Source of the DNA: Occultella glacieicola
GTDB lineage: Bacteria > Actinomycetota > Actinomycetes > Actinomycetales > Beutenbergiaceae
Length of the DNA: 38,460 bases
Assembly: GCF_004353825.1 (NCBI RefSeq)
Contig: NZ_SMNA01000011.1
Coordinates: 124,001-162,460, forward strand
Reading direction: 5' to 3'
A model generated the notes under the pieces. The model was not told where the DNA came from. It worked only from the letters and a program-made list of their open reading frames with translations, and searched no databases. Position 1 is the stretch's first letter. Each line of letters begins with the position of its first letter. Below, one piece after another: positions 9,862 to 19,125 of the stretch. The translations under genes and the position numbers were made by a program.

Positions 9862-11035
9862 TCAGCCGTCCGTCACGATCTTGTTGAGCCGCGTCGTTAA
9901 AGCCCGGTCCCGCTCAGCGGTCGCGTGCTGATACCGCAGCGCCACGGTCACGTCAGTGTGGCCACCGCGGTGCAGCAGCTCGGCCAGAGTCGCGCCTTGC
10001 TGTGCGTAAACAGTCAGCCCCGTGTGCCGCAAGTCGTGAAACCGGAACCTCGGCAGCCCGGCCTCCGTCCGAGCCACCCGCCAGGCGTTGTCCAGTGCCG
10101 TTTGAGACACCCGGCCGCGCCGGGTAGCCAGCACAGCGGCTTCGGGCTCCGGGCCGGTGTGCGTGTCAAGGTGCGTGCGTAGGTCGGTGAGCAGGAACGC
10201 CGGCAGCGCGACGGAGCGTGTCGAACCGACTTTCGGTGGAGTCAGCCTGCCCGCCTTCACGTTGAACTGCCGGCGCACGTGCAATGTGGCGCGCGCTGCG
10301 TCGTCGAGGTGGTCGAGATCGCGCCGCTGTAGCCCGAGGACCTCCCCGATGCGCATCGCGCACCAGGCCGCGAGCGGCACCGCGATGCGCAGGCGCTCCG
10401 GCATGGCAGCGGCCAGCGCGGCCACCTGCCCGGGAGTGGCGACGTCCTCCCCCGATGGTGGCGTGGGCCGCTCCCGCGAGTGTGTCGGAGCCTCGGGAAC
10501 GTAAACACCGTCAGTCCGCCGGCCTTGCGCTTGATGGCGGTGTTCAGGCATGAGCGCAGTACACGCGCCACATTCGGTGCCACACCGTTGAGCGCGGCAC
10601 CAGGGTGGCGCGTGGACGGCCGCGAGCTCACCTCGGCGAGCAACTCGGCCACCTGCTCCGCCGTCAGGTCGACGAGCCTCACTTCGCCGAGCACCGGAAG
10701 CACATGCGCGCTCAGAACCGACCGGTAGCTGACCACGGCTGCCCGGGAGCGCTTCGGGTTCGTGTCGAGGTCGGTAAGCCACTGATCGGCCCACTGCGAC
10801 AGCGTCAGCGACTCGCGCTCGGCCGTCTCGACGGCGGCCTCGCGGCCTGCACGCACCGTGGCTGGAGGCACGAACGTGTCGCGGGCGCGCTCGCCCTTGG
10901 CGAGGTCCAGCGCGCCTTGGCCTCACCCAGGGTGTCGAAGATCCCGACGGTGTACGTCTGCGCGTCCATCGTCAGGCGCGCACGGGAACGTCCCCGGAAG
11001 TCGGAGATACCGCGAGGGAGAGGGCGCTTCGCCAT
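9862..11035 (-). pseudogene. Tyrosine recombinase/phage-type integrase, frameshifted at ~10915 and ~10495
   Basis: Three consecutive frames join as MAKRPLPRGI..., LTLSQWADQWL...YRSVLSAHVLP.LG, and AWCAMRIGEVLGLQRRD...HDLRHTG...GGH.D...ALRYQH (catalytic R, HxxR, H, Y). Adjacent to the tRNA 3' end. Confidence 0.9.
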
Positions 11036-11180
11036 GCGGGTTCGGACCCCTCCCCACATCCAGCCCATCTCCAGACGCGAGGAGTGTGCCAGCTATGTGC
11101 CAGTTCTGCTGCCACATAGAGCGTTACCGCTGCTCACTCCTGCACATCGGCCAGAACACGAAAACTGCGGAATCCAGCCA

Positions 11181-11211
11181 GAAAGGCCGGATCTCAACGA
11201 TCCGGCCTTTC
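11181..11211 (-). terminator. Hairpin terminator downstream of tRNA-Ala
   Basis: Perfect 13-bp stem GAAAGGCCGGATC-TCAAC-GATCCGGCCTTTC. Confidence 0.75.
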
Positions 11212-11216
11212 GACTG

Positions 11217-11289
11217 TGGAGCTAAGGGGATTCGAACCCCTGACCTCTTCCATGCCATGGAAGCGCGCTACCAACTGCGCCATAGCCCC
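11217..11289 (-). tRNA. tRNA-Ala (anticodon GGC)
   Basis: GGGGCTATGGCGCAGTTGGTAGCGCG-CTTCC-ATGGCAT-GGAAG-AGGTCAGGGGTTCGAATCCCCTTAGCTCCA; G3:U70 alanine determinant; CCA not fully encoded. A -10-like TAAACT at 11316-11321 overlaps the upstream stop codon. Confidence 0.98.
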
Positions 11290-11318
11290 GTGTGGGAGCC
11301 CCGAAGGGCGTTGCTAGT

Positions 11319-11969
11319 TTAGACGATGCGGGCCGCAACTGCGAAATCCGCTTCGCGCACTCCGACGTTGTGGGCGGACAGGCGCCAGCTCGGGCGCTGC
11401 CCGTCGTTGGTGCGCAGCACCGACCAGTGGCAGTTGCCGATGCCCGTGATGCCCCGCCAGACCTCAGGATCCTGGCCGATCAGGGCCGTGATCCCGGCGC
11501 TGATGGCGGCGCCGTGGGAGACCACGACGAGGATCTCGTGCTCGCCGAGCGGCTCGGCCGCAGCGAGGACTGCTTCGGCGAACCTGTGACCGACCTCACC
11601 CCTGGTCTCGGCGTTGACGCCCTCCGGGTGCGCGCCGGCGTTCCAGGCGGCGAAGGCGTCCGGCCAGCCGGCTTCGATCTCGGGATGAGTCAGGCCCTCC
11701 CAGTCGCCGAAGCTCCGCTCGCGCAGCCGTGCGTCGGTGCCCACGTCCAGGCCGACGAGGTCGGCGAGGGACTGCGCCGTCTCCGCGGCCCGCATCAGGT
11801 CGGACGCGACGATCCTGGTCAGGCTCAATTGCGCGAGGAACGGGGCTGCGGCGGCGGCCTGCGCCCGGCCATGTTCGTTGAGCGCGATGTCGACCTGGCC
11901 CTGCAGCCGAGCCGTCGCGTTGTAATCCGTCTGACCGTGCCGCCAGAGCAGGAGGGTTCCGGCGCTCAT
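11319..11969 (-). CDS. Histidine phosphatase (phosphoglycerate mutase) family protein
   Basis: RHGQT, QGQ.D..L...G..QA, LRERSFG.WEG and VSHG motifs; usual position downstream of rsfS. Confidence 0.92.
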   Translation of the reverse strand: MSAGTLLLWRHGQTDYNATARLQGQVDIALNEHGRAQAAAAAPFLAQLSLTRIVASDLMRAAETAQSLADLVGLDVGTDARLRERSFGDWEGLTHPEIEAGWPDAFAAWNAGAHPEGVNAETRGEVGHRFAEAVLAAAEPLGEHEILVVVSHGAAISAGITALIGQDPEVWRGITGIGNCHWSVLRTNDGQRPSWRLSAHNVGVREADFAVAARIV

Positions 11970-12382
11970 GCCTGCCCGAGGGTCCGGTCCTCCGGTGCCT
12001 CGCCGGCGCTGGGGTGACCATGGACGTCCGGCGGCAGTTCGACCACGGGACAGTCCTTCCAGAGCCGTTCCAGGGCGTAGAACTCGCGGTCCTCGTCGTG
12101 CTGGACGTGAACCACGATGTCGCCGAAGTCGAGCAGCACCCAGCGCCCCTCGGCAACGCCCTCCTTGCGGACGGCCTTGGCACCCTCTTGGGCCAGGGCG
12201 TCCTCCACGGCGTCGACGATGGCCTTCACCTGGCGTTCGCTGGAGCCGGAGGCGACGACGAAGACGTCGGTCAGGACCAGCCGTTCGGAGACGTCGAGCG
12301 CGATGATCTCCCGGGCCAGGAGGTCGGCGGCGGCGCGGGCGGCGACGATCGCCAGTTCGATGGCGCGGTCATCAGCGGGCAC
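11966..12382 (-). CDS. rsfS: Ribosome silencing factor
   Basis: DVFVVASGSSERQV, WVLLDFGDIVVHV, REFYALERLW. Confidence 0.97.
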   Translation of the reverse strand: MPADDRAIELAIVAARAAADLLAREIIALDVSERLVLTDVFVVASGSSERQVKAIVDAVEDALAQEGAKAVRKEGVAEGRWVLLDFGDIVVHVQHDEDREFYALERLWKDCPVVELPPDVHGHPSAGEAPEDRTLGQA

Positions 12383-12472
12383 GGTGCTCCTCGGTACGGG
12401 TCGGACGGTCGTCGACGCGGCACCTCCTGGAGCCGCCGGTCTCGGGTCAGTCTATGCGGCGGCGGCGTCAGC

Positions 12473-13930
12473 CTATGCGGCGGGCCCGTGAGCAGAGCCG
12501 ACGCCCGGGTCCGGCCCGGCCGTCGCGGCCAGGGCTGCGAGCCCGTCGCTGCCGCCGAAGACGTTGCCGATCGCCACCTGCCAGACGAGCAGCCCGAGCA
12601 CGAGACCGACGAGGATCAGCACGATGATCTGCAGCGCCCGCAGCCAACCCGGCGTGCCCTCGTCCTCATCCTCGTCGTCATCGAATTCGTCGTAGTCCTC
12701 GTCCTCGTGGTCACCCTCGAGCAACTCCTCCCGGGAGCCTGCAGACGCCGCCGCGGGCGCCTCGGGGCTGGACGCCGCGAGGGCGGGGGCTTCGACGGCA
12801 CCGTCATCGGACTCCCCGGAGATCACGCTCGCCCAGCGGGGTGCCATGTCGAACGAGTCGTCCGACTCGTCGGCGCCGTCGGCCACCTCCGCGGGGTCGG
12901 CGGAGTGCTCGGTGCCGGCGGCGTCGGTCGAGGCGGTCGAGGCGGGCTCGGCCGGGTACGAGCGACTGGAGCGGCGCGTCACGGGCAGCGGGCCGCCGTC
13001 GTACACCAGATCGGGCTCGCGACCGGCGGGCACGTCGGTCACCGGCAGGACCGCGGTGACGTCCGACGCCTCCGAGCCCCAGGTGGACGCCGCGTCCGTG
13101 CTCGGCAGCGGGCCCGGGCTCGGCGCCGGCGAACGCTCGGCGACGACCGCGTCGCGTGGCGGGTCGGCGGCCGTATCGGTCGCGGCATTGATGTCGCGGA
13201 CGGCCCGCTGGATCGGGGTCAGCCCACCTGTCTCGTCGAGTCCACGGGTCGCACGCGCGGCCGCCGGTGGTCGCACGACGGGGCGACGCCCGGTCCCGGT
13301 CCGTTCGCTCGGGGCTTCGGGGCTCGCCGGCTCGGCGTCCGCGCTGGCCTGCTTGGCCCGCAGGGATCGTCGCGACACGCCGAACTCGCCGGTCGTGGCG
13401 GCGTCGACGTCACCGGTCGCCGGGTCCGAGGTCCACGCCGCTGCCGGCGCCGGGTCGGCGGGTGCCGGGTCCGGGGTCACCGCGTCCGCCGACTCCAGGC
13501 CCGCGGACGTTCCACCCGTGGTCGCCGCGTCCGTGGCGGTCGGGTCGTCGGTCGCCGCCTCCGTGGCGGTCGGGTCGTCGGTCGCCGCGTCCGCGGTGGT
13601 CGAGGCGCCCATCGTGGCGGGCCCGACGGCGTCCGCCGGGTCGGCGACGGCACGTTCCGCGTCCGCGGTGGCAGGGGTGCCCGCCGAAGGCGCGGTGTAC
13701 GCACTGTGGCCGCTCTGCCCACTCTGACCGCTGACCGCGGACATCGGCGTCGGCACCGGACCGTCAGGACCCAACTGCAGCGCGCCGCTGGCGAGTGCCT
13801 CGTCCCGGGCGCGCATCTCCCGCCGGGTCATCGGTCGCTCGAGTCCCTCGGCGGCTGCCCGGGCTCGCTCCGCCTCCCGGCGTCGCCGACGTTCGCCGAG
13901 GCCGGCGGTCGAGGTGTCCTCCTCGCTCAC
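12473..13930 (-). CDS. Hypothetical low-complexity protein with C-terminal transmembrane anchor
   Basis: GTGA overlap with the nadD stop; PMTRREMR motif, Ala/Pro/Thr/Asp-rich body, acidic tract, then [20 protein letters not shown]. Confidence 0.8.
   Translation of the reverse strand: MSEEDTSTAGLGERRRRREAERARAAAEGLERPMTRREMRARDEALASGALQLGPDGPVPTPMSAVSGQSGQSGHSAYTAPSAGTPATADAERAVADPADAVGPATMGASTTADAATDDPTATEAATDDPTATDAATTGGTSAGLESADAVTPDPAPADPAPAAAWTSDPATGDVDAATTGEFGVSRRSLRAKQASADAEPASPEAPSERTGTGRRPVVRPPAAARATRGLDETGGLTPIQRAVRDINAATDTAADPPRDAVVAERSPAPSPGPLPSTDAASTWGSEASDVTAVLPVTDVPAGREPDLVYDGGPLPVTRRSSRSYPAEPASTASTDAAGTEHSADPAEVADGADESDDSFDMAPRWASVISGESDDGAVEAPALAASSPEAPAAASAGSREELLEGDHEDEDYDEFDDDEDEDEGTPGWLRALQIIVLILVGLVLGLLVWQVAIGNVFGGSDGLAALAATAGPDPGVGSAHGPAA
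13521..13600. repeat. 30-bp coding tandem repeat (~2.6 copies)
   Basis: GTCGCCGC(G/C)TCCGTGGCGGTCGGGTCGTCG repeated, encoding (T[D/E]AATDDPTA)n. Confidence 0.85.
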
Positions 13931-14577
13931 AGGTCCTCCCCCACTGGTGCTGCCACCCTCTCCGTGATCGTCGATTCGTCCTTGTAGAGCCGGTGCTTGC
14001 CGATGTACTGCACCACCCCGTCCGGCACCAGGTACCAGACCGGTTTGCCCGCGATCACGCGCTCCCGGCAGTCCGTCGAGGAGATCGCCATGGCGGGGAT
14101 CTCGAGCAGCGAGTACTCACCGGGTGGGAGTTCCTCGGCGCTCAGGTCGTGGCCCGGCCTGGTGACGCCGACGAAGTGCGCCAGTTTCCAGAGCTCCGCG
14201 ACGTCCTTCCACTGCATGATCTGGCTGAGTGCGTCCGCACCGGTGATGAAGAACAACTCCGCCCCGGGGTACGCGGCCCGCAGGTCACGGAGAGTGTCGA
14301 TCGTGTACGTGATCCCGGGCCGTTCGATGTCCACCCGGGACACGGTGAACCGCGGGTTGGAGGCGGTCGCGACCACCGCCATCAGGTACCGGTGCTCGGC
14401 GACGGTGACGTTCCGGTCCAGCTTGAACGGCTGCGCCCCGGTGGGGACGAACACGACCTCGTCCAGACCGAACTCGTCGGCGACCTCACTGGCCGCCACG
14501 AGGTGGCCGTGGTGGATGGGGTCGAACGTCCCGCCCATGATGCCCACCCGCAGGGGCACCGGGCTGGCTGCGATCAC
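13927..14577 (-). CDS. nadD: Nicotinate-nucleotide adenylyltransferase
   Basis: [40 protein letters not shown]. Confidence 0.97.
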   Translation of the reverse strand: MIAASPVPLRVGIMGGTFDPIHHGHLVAASEVADEFGLDEVVFVPTGAQPFKLDRNVTVAEHRYLMAVVATASNPRFTVSRVDIERPGITYTIDTLRDLRAAYPGAELFFITGADALSQIMQWKDVAELWKLAHFVGVTRPGHDLSAEELPPGEYSLLEIPAMAISSTDCRERVIAGKPVWYLVPDGVVQYIGKHRLYKDESTITERVAAPVGEDL

Positions 14578-14622
14578 GACCCGTTCCGCCGGGTTGTGGC
14601 CCCGACGCCGGCAGGAGCCACG

Positions 14623-14775
14623 TCAGCGGTGGCGGGTGCCCACGCTGCGGAATGCGAGAACCACCAACAGCAGGAACACGAAAGCAGCGAATGCGACCAG
14701 CCCGAAGCCCAGCGGAGGCATGCCCGAGGCCTCCTCGCCGTGCTCGGCGGCGAATGTCAGCAGTGAGTTACTCAT
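14623..14775 (-). CDS. 50-aa single-pass membrane protein
   Basis: ATG 14775 with AGGAGG Shine-Dalgarno; MSNSLLTFAAEHGEEASGMPPLGFGLVAFAAFVFLLLVVLAFRSVGTRHR. Confidence 0.75.
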   Translation of the reverse strand: MSNSLLTFAAEHGEEASGMPPLGFGLVAFAAFVFLLLVVLAFRSVGTRHR

Positions 14776-14860
14776 CGACCCGGGTCCTCCTAGGGTTCCA
14801 CAACGCTCAAGGGACAAGTCTCGCACGTCCGGCGGTCATCTCCGAGACGGCACGAGGTGA

Positions 14861-16219
14861 TCATGGCCGCACGTGTCCGTCACCCTGGACGATCCACGTG
14901 GTAGTGGTCAGCTCGGCAAGGCCCATGGGCCCGCGCGCGTGCAGTTTCTGGGTGGAGATGCCGATCTCCGCGCCGAGCCCGAGCTGCCCGCCGTCGGTGA
15001 ACCGCGTCGAGGCGTTCACCATGATCGCGGCCGAGTCGAGTTCGGTGGTGAACCGCTGCACCGAGGTCACGTCCGGGGTGCAGATGGCCTCGGTGTGGCC
15101 GGAGGTCCAGGTCCGGATGTGCTCGATGGCGGTGTCCAGGTCCGGCACGACGCGCACCGCGAGGTCGAGGCTCAGGTACTCGGTGGCCCAGTCCGCGTCC
15201 GTGGCGGGCTGGAAGTCCACGTCGTCACCGGCGAGGGCGCCGGTGGCCGCGTCGCCGTGGATCCGCACACCGGCCGCGGCGAGTGCGCTCAGTGCGCCGG
15301 GCAGGAAGTCGGCGGCGATCGCCTCGTGCACCAGCAGGGTCTCCAGCGCGTTGCACACCCCGACCCGCTGGGTCTTGGAGTTCAGCAGGATCGCGGTGGC
15401 CTTGGCCACGTCCGCTCCGGCGTCCACGAACAGGTGGCAGTTGCCGACGCCGGTCTCGATCACCGGCACGGTCGAGGAGGTCACGACGGTCCGGATCAGG
15501 CCGGCGCCACCGCGGGGTACGAGCACGTCGACGAGGCCACGGGCTCGCATCAGCTCCCGGGCTCCCTCCCGGCCGTGGGCGTCGATCGACTGGATCGCGT
15601 CGCCGGGCAGGCCGACGCGCTCGAGGGCGCGGGAAAGCACTCGCACGATCACCTCGTTGCTGCGGGCGGCCGCCGAGCCACCACGCAGGATCACCGCGTT
15701 GCCGCTCTTGAGGGCGAGCCCAGCAGCGTCGACGGTCACGTTCGGGCGGGCCTCGTAGATCATCCCGACCACGCCCATCGGGACCCGAACCTGACGCACG
15801 GTGAGGCCGTTCGGCAGGGTCGACCCCCGGACCACCTCACCGACCGGGTCGGGCAGCGCGGCGAGGTCCCGGAGGGCATCGGCGATGGCGACGACCCGGG
15901 CCTCGTCGAGGCGGAGCCGGTCGAGGAGGCCGGGGCTCATCCCGCCCGCACGCTCCCGTTCGACGTCCTCGGCGTTGGCGGCCACGACCTCCGCCTGCGC
16001 CGCGACCAGCGCGTCGGCCAGCGCGTGCAGGGCTTCGTCCTTGGTGCCGCGGGTGGCGCCGGCGAGCACGCGCGCGGCGGCCTTCGCCCGCTGCGCGGCA
16101 TCGACGACGGCGATGCGCGCCGGGCTCGGCGTCTGCGGTTCGGCGTCGGTCTGGTCGTCCGGCGCCGCGCTGCGCGCGTCGGCGTCGGTGGAGTCGGTCG
16201 GCAGGGACTGGACACTCAT
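14861..16219 (-). CDS. proA: Glutamate-5-semialdehyde dehydrogenase
   Basis: [50 protein letters not shown]. Confidence 0.98.
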   Translation of the reverse strand: MSVQSLPTDSTDADARSAAPDDQTDAEPQTPSPARIAVVDAAQRAKAAARVLAGATRGTKDEALHALADALVAAQAEVVAANAEDVERERAGGMSPGLLDRLRLDEARVVAIADALRDLAALPDPVGEVVRGSTLPNGLTVRQVRVPMGVVGMIYEARPNVTVDAAGLALKSGNAVILRGGSAAARSNEVIVRVLSRALERVGLPGDAIQSIDAHGREGARELMRARGLVDVLVPRGGAGLIRTVVTSSTVPVIETGVGNCHLFVDAGADVAKATAILLNSKTQRVGVCNALETLLVHEAIAADFLPGALSALAAAGVRIHGDAATGALAGDDVDFQPATDADWATEYLSLDLAVRVVPDLDTAIEHIRTWTSGHTEAICTPDVTSVQRFTTELDSAAIMVNASTRFTDGGQLGLGAEIGISTQKLHARGPMGLAELTTTTWIVQGDGHVRP

Positions 16220-16225
16220 GGCTCA

Positions 16226-16231
16226 AGGATA
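16226..16231 (-). promoter_or_regulatory. -10 element (TATCCT) of a probable leaderless proA transcript
   Basis: TANNNT hexamer 6 nt upstream of the ATG; no Shine-Dalgarno. Confidence 0.55.
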
Positions 16232-16248
16232 GGCCGGGGTCACCGCCG

Positions 16249-16280
16249 CGCCGGGTCCGGTCCGCCGGCCGGACCCGGCG
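16249..16280 (-). terminator. Hairpin after the LLM-class gene
   Basis: CGCCGGGTCCGG...CCGGACCCGGCG perfect 12-bp stem; no U-tract. Confidence 0.55.
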
Positions 16281-16298
16281 GCGTCGTACGGGACCGGC

Positions 16299-17339
16299 TC
16301 AGGCCTCGGCGGCGGTACGCAGCCGCGTCGACCTCGCCGCCCGGGACGCCGTGCCGGCGGCGGGCGCACCGGTCGTGGCCGGCGCCGAGCCTCCCGTGCG
16401 CAGTCCCCGGGCCGCGAGTGCGGGCACGACGTCCTGCACCAGCGCGAGCACATCGGTGGGCACCGAGGCGGGGATCACGGTGAAGCCGTCGGCCGCACCG
16501 GCGTGCACCCACTCGGCCCAGAGGTCGACGAGGTCCGCGGCCGTGCCGATCGACCGCAACGGCGCCGTCCGGGGTGCCGTCTCCAGGGAGTTGAGCAGGT
16601 CCCAGCGCGCCCGGGCGCTCGGCCGGTCGGCAGAGATCACGACGTGGACGTCGATGACCACCCGCACGTCGTCGGGGTTGCGGCCCCACTCGGCGGCGGC
16701 GTTGCGGATCGCCGTGCGTGCCGTGCGAGCCTCCTCGAGGGTGGCCACCGAGAGGCGAGCGACGTCGGCGCGGGCGGCGGCCAGTTCCAGGTCGACGGCG
16801 TTGCGGACCGGGATGACGACGATCGGAGCACGGCGTCCGGACTCGGCCGCGCCCGAGGAACGGGCCGAGCCCGACCGGGTGTCCCGCTGCGGCGTCACCC
16901 AGGAGTTGATGACGGCGTCCACGGCGCGCGCGCTGGTCCCGTTCACCGGGGCCGTCTCGAGCTGCCAGCCGGCCCGCTCGGCGCTCGCACGATGCACGCT
17001 GGATACCGCACCGGCCACGTGCTCGGGCCGGGACGCCCCCAGCGGCACGGCCGCCACCAGGGTCGCGGTGCGGGTGTGCCGGGCCAGGCGGGACGCGGCC
17101 ACGGCCCCGTCGAGCCACGCGTCGCGACGGCGCGGGCCACCGACGCGGAAGGTCTCGTCGAGGGTGAGCAGGTCGACGCCACCCTTGTCGGCCAGGGACG
17201 CCAGACCGGCGAGCCGGCCCATGATGAACGACTCGGCCTCGCTGTCCTCGGTCCGGCGCCACTCCCGGGGCGCTCCGGCGCCGGACAGGTCGAGGGCGAT
17301 CAGGGAGGTGGTGCTAGGGGTACGCGGGGACTTCGACAT
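16299..17339 (-). CDS. Luciferase-like (LLM-class) flavin-dependent monooxygenase family protein, shortened NtaA/DmoA-like form
   Basis: ADKGG.DL..LDE, LD....ASRLA..T..ATLVA, P.HVA....SVHRAS..RAGWQL; C-terminal IGT...LVD....W...GAADGF...P....V..VVP.L.ARGL. Confidence 0.8.
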   Translation of the reverse strand: MSKSPRTPSTTSLIALDLSGAGAPREWRRTEDSEAESFIMGRLAGLASLADKGGVDLLTLDETFRVGGPRRRDAWLDGAVAASRLARHTRTATLVAAVPLGASRPEHVAGAVSSVHRASAERAGWQLETAPVNGTSARAVDAVINSWVTPQRDTRSGSARSSGAAESGRRAPIVVIPVRNAVDLELAAARADVARLSVATLEEARTARTAIRNAAAEWGRNPDDVRVVIDVHVVISADRPSARARWDLLNSLETAPRTAPLRSIGTAADLVDLWAEWVHAGAADGFTVIPASVPTDVLALVQDVVPALAARGLRTGGSAPATTGAPAAGTASRAARSTRLRTAAEA

Positions 17340-17480
17340 GGGTGTTCACGCCTTCACGGTTCGAGCGGGGGCCTGCCCGGTACACCCGCGCGGCACGTGT
17401 CACGCGTGCCGGCCAGCGGGCCGTCGAACAGGAGGTGACGCCGAGGGGCGGGACGCCCGGGGCATCGGATGAGGGTCGGC

Positions 17481-17585
17481 TCAGGCCTGGACCGGCATCG
17501 CCGACATCGCCGGCATCGGACAACAGCACATCGGACGGGACACCCGCAGCGGCGTCGTCGTGAGTTCCCTGATGCTGATACCCAT
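17481..17585 (-). CDS. 34-aa Cys/Met-rich leader peptide candidate: MGISIRELTTTPLRVSRPMCCCPMPAMSAMPVQA
   Basis: Translated by hand (below the ORF-track cutoff); ATG 17585 preceded by AGAGGGAA; TGA 17483-17481; lies between the SAM-IV riboswitch and the LLM gene. Confidence 0.65.
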   Translation of the reverse strand: MGISIRELTTTPLRVSRPMCCCPMPAMSAMPVQA

Positions 17586-17619
17586 CGGTGGTGTTTCCCT
17601 CTACTCGGGCGCCTGCGGC

Positions 17620-17735
17620 GCCGTGCGCTTGCTCCGCGTCGAACGACCGGAGCCAGGTCGTCACCCGGGGCACCCCACCGCAGTTGGAGGGTTGCCGGTC
17701 AGCAAGCCGGGGCTGTGATGCTGACACTCAAGACC
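17620..17735 (-). ncRNA. SAM-IV riboswitch
   Basis: Minus strand GGTCTTGAGTGTCAGCATCACAGCCCCGGCTTGCTGACCGGCAACCCTCCAACTGCGGTGGGGTGCCCCGGGTGACGACC...GCAAGCGC follows the actinobacterial SAM-IV consensus as I recall it (GGTC..GAG, GCTG.CCGGCAACC, GACC, CAAGCG). Confidence 0.93.
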
Positions 17736-17744
17736 TTGGGCCCG

Positions 17745-17774
17745 AGTCTAGGAGAGCCTTGGATGACGTGTCAA
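17745..17774 (-). promoter_or_regulatory. SigmaA-type promoter for the riboswitch transcript
   Basis: TTGACA (17774-17769), 18-bp spacer, TAGACT (17750-17745); the predicted start lies just 5' of the aptamer. Confidence 0.8.
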
Positions 17775-17980
17775 CAAAACCGCGCACACGGCGTGCGCGC
17801 GCACGAGCCCGACATCCGGCCCCGCAGGCCGGGCAGGCTCGCAGGGCTGGACGCCCGTCTCGGCATTCGGGATTCCCGAGGCGTCCCCGAAGCGGCCCGG
17901 CGGGCGGCGGTACGTTCGGACCACGGGAGCACCAGCCATGGGCGCCCGGTCACCCAGATCGCCGAGCTCGGACGGGAACG

Positions 17981-18553
17981 ATGACCCTCACCCTCACCAC
18001 CCTGAGCGGCAATCCGCGCCGGGGTTCTCGCACCCTCGCGGTCGCCGAGGCCACCGCCGCCCGGATCACGGCCCTCCTCAACGGACGCGACGGCCTGATC
18101 GGCGCCGCGGGCCTCGACACTGCCATCGACGACCGTGTGATCGAGCTCGCCGACCTCGCCGGGCAACTGTTCGCCCCCGAGCACCCCGAGGCCGACGAGG
18201 CACTCGCCCGCGTCGCCGGATCCGACGTGCTCGTGGTCGCCACGCCCGTCTACAAGGCCAGCTACACCGGGCTGCTCAAGTCCTTCCTCGACCTCTACGG
18301 CGCGAACGGGCTACGCGGGGTCGTCGCCCTGCCCGTCGTGGTCAGCGGCAACCCGGCCCACCTGCTCTCCACCGACATCCACCTGCGCTCGCTGCTCGTC
18401 GAGCTCGGCGCGAGCGTCCCGACCCGTGGCCTCGGGCTGGTCGAGTCCCAGCTGGGCACCGTCGACGACGTGCTGGACGCCTGGTTCACCGATCACGGTG
18501 ACCTCCTGCACGGTGCAGTCACCGCCGGCGCCCGGGCGGGGGCAGCGGCATGA
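17981..18553 (+). CDS. NADPH-dependent FMN reductase (SsuE-like)
   Basis: SGNPRRGSRT, VVATPVYKASYTGLLKSFLD, LRSLLVELGA. Confidence 0.92.
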   Translation: MTLTLTTLSGNPRRGSRTLAVAEATAARITALLNGRDGLIGAAGLDTAIDDRVIELADLAGQLFAPEHPEADEALARVAGSDVLVVATPVYKASYTGLLKSFLDLYGANGLRGVVALPVVVSGNPAHLLSTDIHLRSLLVELGASVPTRGLGLVESQLGTVDDVLDAWFTDHGDLLHGAVTAGARAGAAA

Positions 18554-19113
18554 CCACCGAGACGCTGAGCACCCTCGAGCGCCTGCTCGCGGAGCAGGAC
18601 GAGCCCCAGCTGAATGCGGACGAGTACAAGCAGGTGTTCCGTCAGCACCCGGCCGGCGTGGCCGTGGTGACGTTCAACGGTCCCGGCACCGATGCCGCGG
18701 CCGCGCTGCCGGTCGGCTTCACGGCGACGTCGGTCATCTCGGTGTCCGCCGCTCCCCCGCTGCTCGCGTTCTCGATCGCCTCGACGTCCTCGTCGTGGCC
18801 CGCGCTGAGCCAGACCGGCACCGTGGTCGTGAACTTCCTGGATGGCCCAGCGGCGCACCTGTCCACCACGTTCGCCCGTAGCGGCATCGACCGGTTCGCC
18901 GACGCTCCCTGGCACCGGCTGACCACCGGTGAGCCGGCCCTCACCGAGGCCTGCGCCAGGGTCCGCGGCCGGGTCGTGCAGCGGATCCCGGCCGGGGACA
19001 GCTACCTGGTCACCCTGCGCGCGCTCAGCGCCGAGATCCCGCGGACCGGCTCACCGCTGGTCTACCACGACCGGACCTACCACCAGATCGGCGGGCACAG
19101 CCGGCTGGGCTGA
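18550..19113 (+). CDS. Flavin reductase family protein (HpaC/DszD-like split barrel)
   Basis: FRQHPAGVAVVT, GFTATSVISVS..PPL, PLVYHDR.Y; ATGA overlap. Confidence 0.92.
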   Translation: MTTETLSTLERLLAEQDEPQLNADEYKQVFRQHPAGVAVVTFNGPGTDAAAALPVGFTATSVISVSAAPPLLAFSIASTSSSWPALSQTGTVVVNFLDGPAAHLSTTFARSGIDRFADAPWHRLTTGEPALTEACARVRGRVVQRIPAGDSYLVTLRALSAEIPRTGSPLVYHDRTYHQIGGHSRLG

Positions 19114-19125
19114 GTCACGGCCGGC

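Noticed and set aside
10480..10930. Programmed frameshifting in the integrase
   Set aside because: Two independent shifts with no recognisable slippery heptamer; decay (or sequencing error) is simpler.
13521..13600. 30-bp repeats as a possible CRISPR array
   Set aside because: No spacers, in frame within a low-complexity CDS, and no cas genes in the window.
17481..17585. Cys-rich sORF as a RiPP precursor
   Set aside because: No recognisable RiPP maturase, protease or exporter nearby; its position after a SAM riboswitch fits a sulfur-sensing leader better (kept only as a minor alternative).
17763..17984. Short + strand ORF MTCQQNRAHG... overlapping the FMN reductase start
   Set aside because: It overlaps the divergent promoter elements, has weak codon bias and only one Cys; a -10-like TACGTT at 17911 lies inside it.
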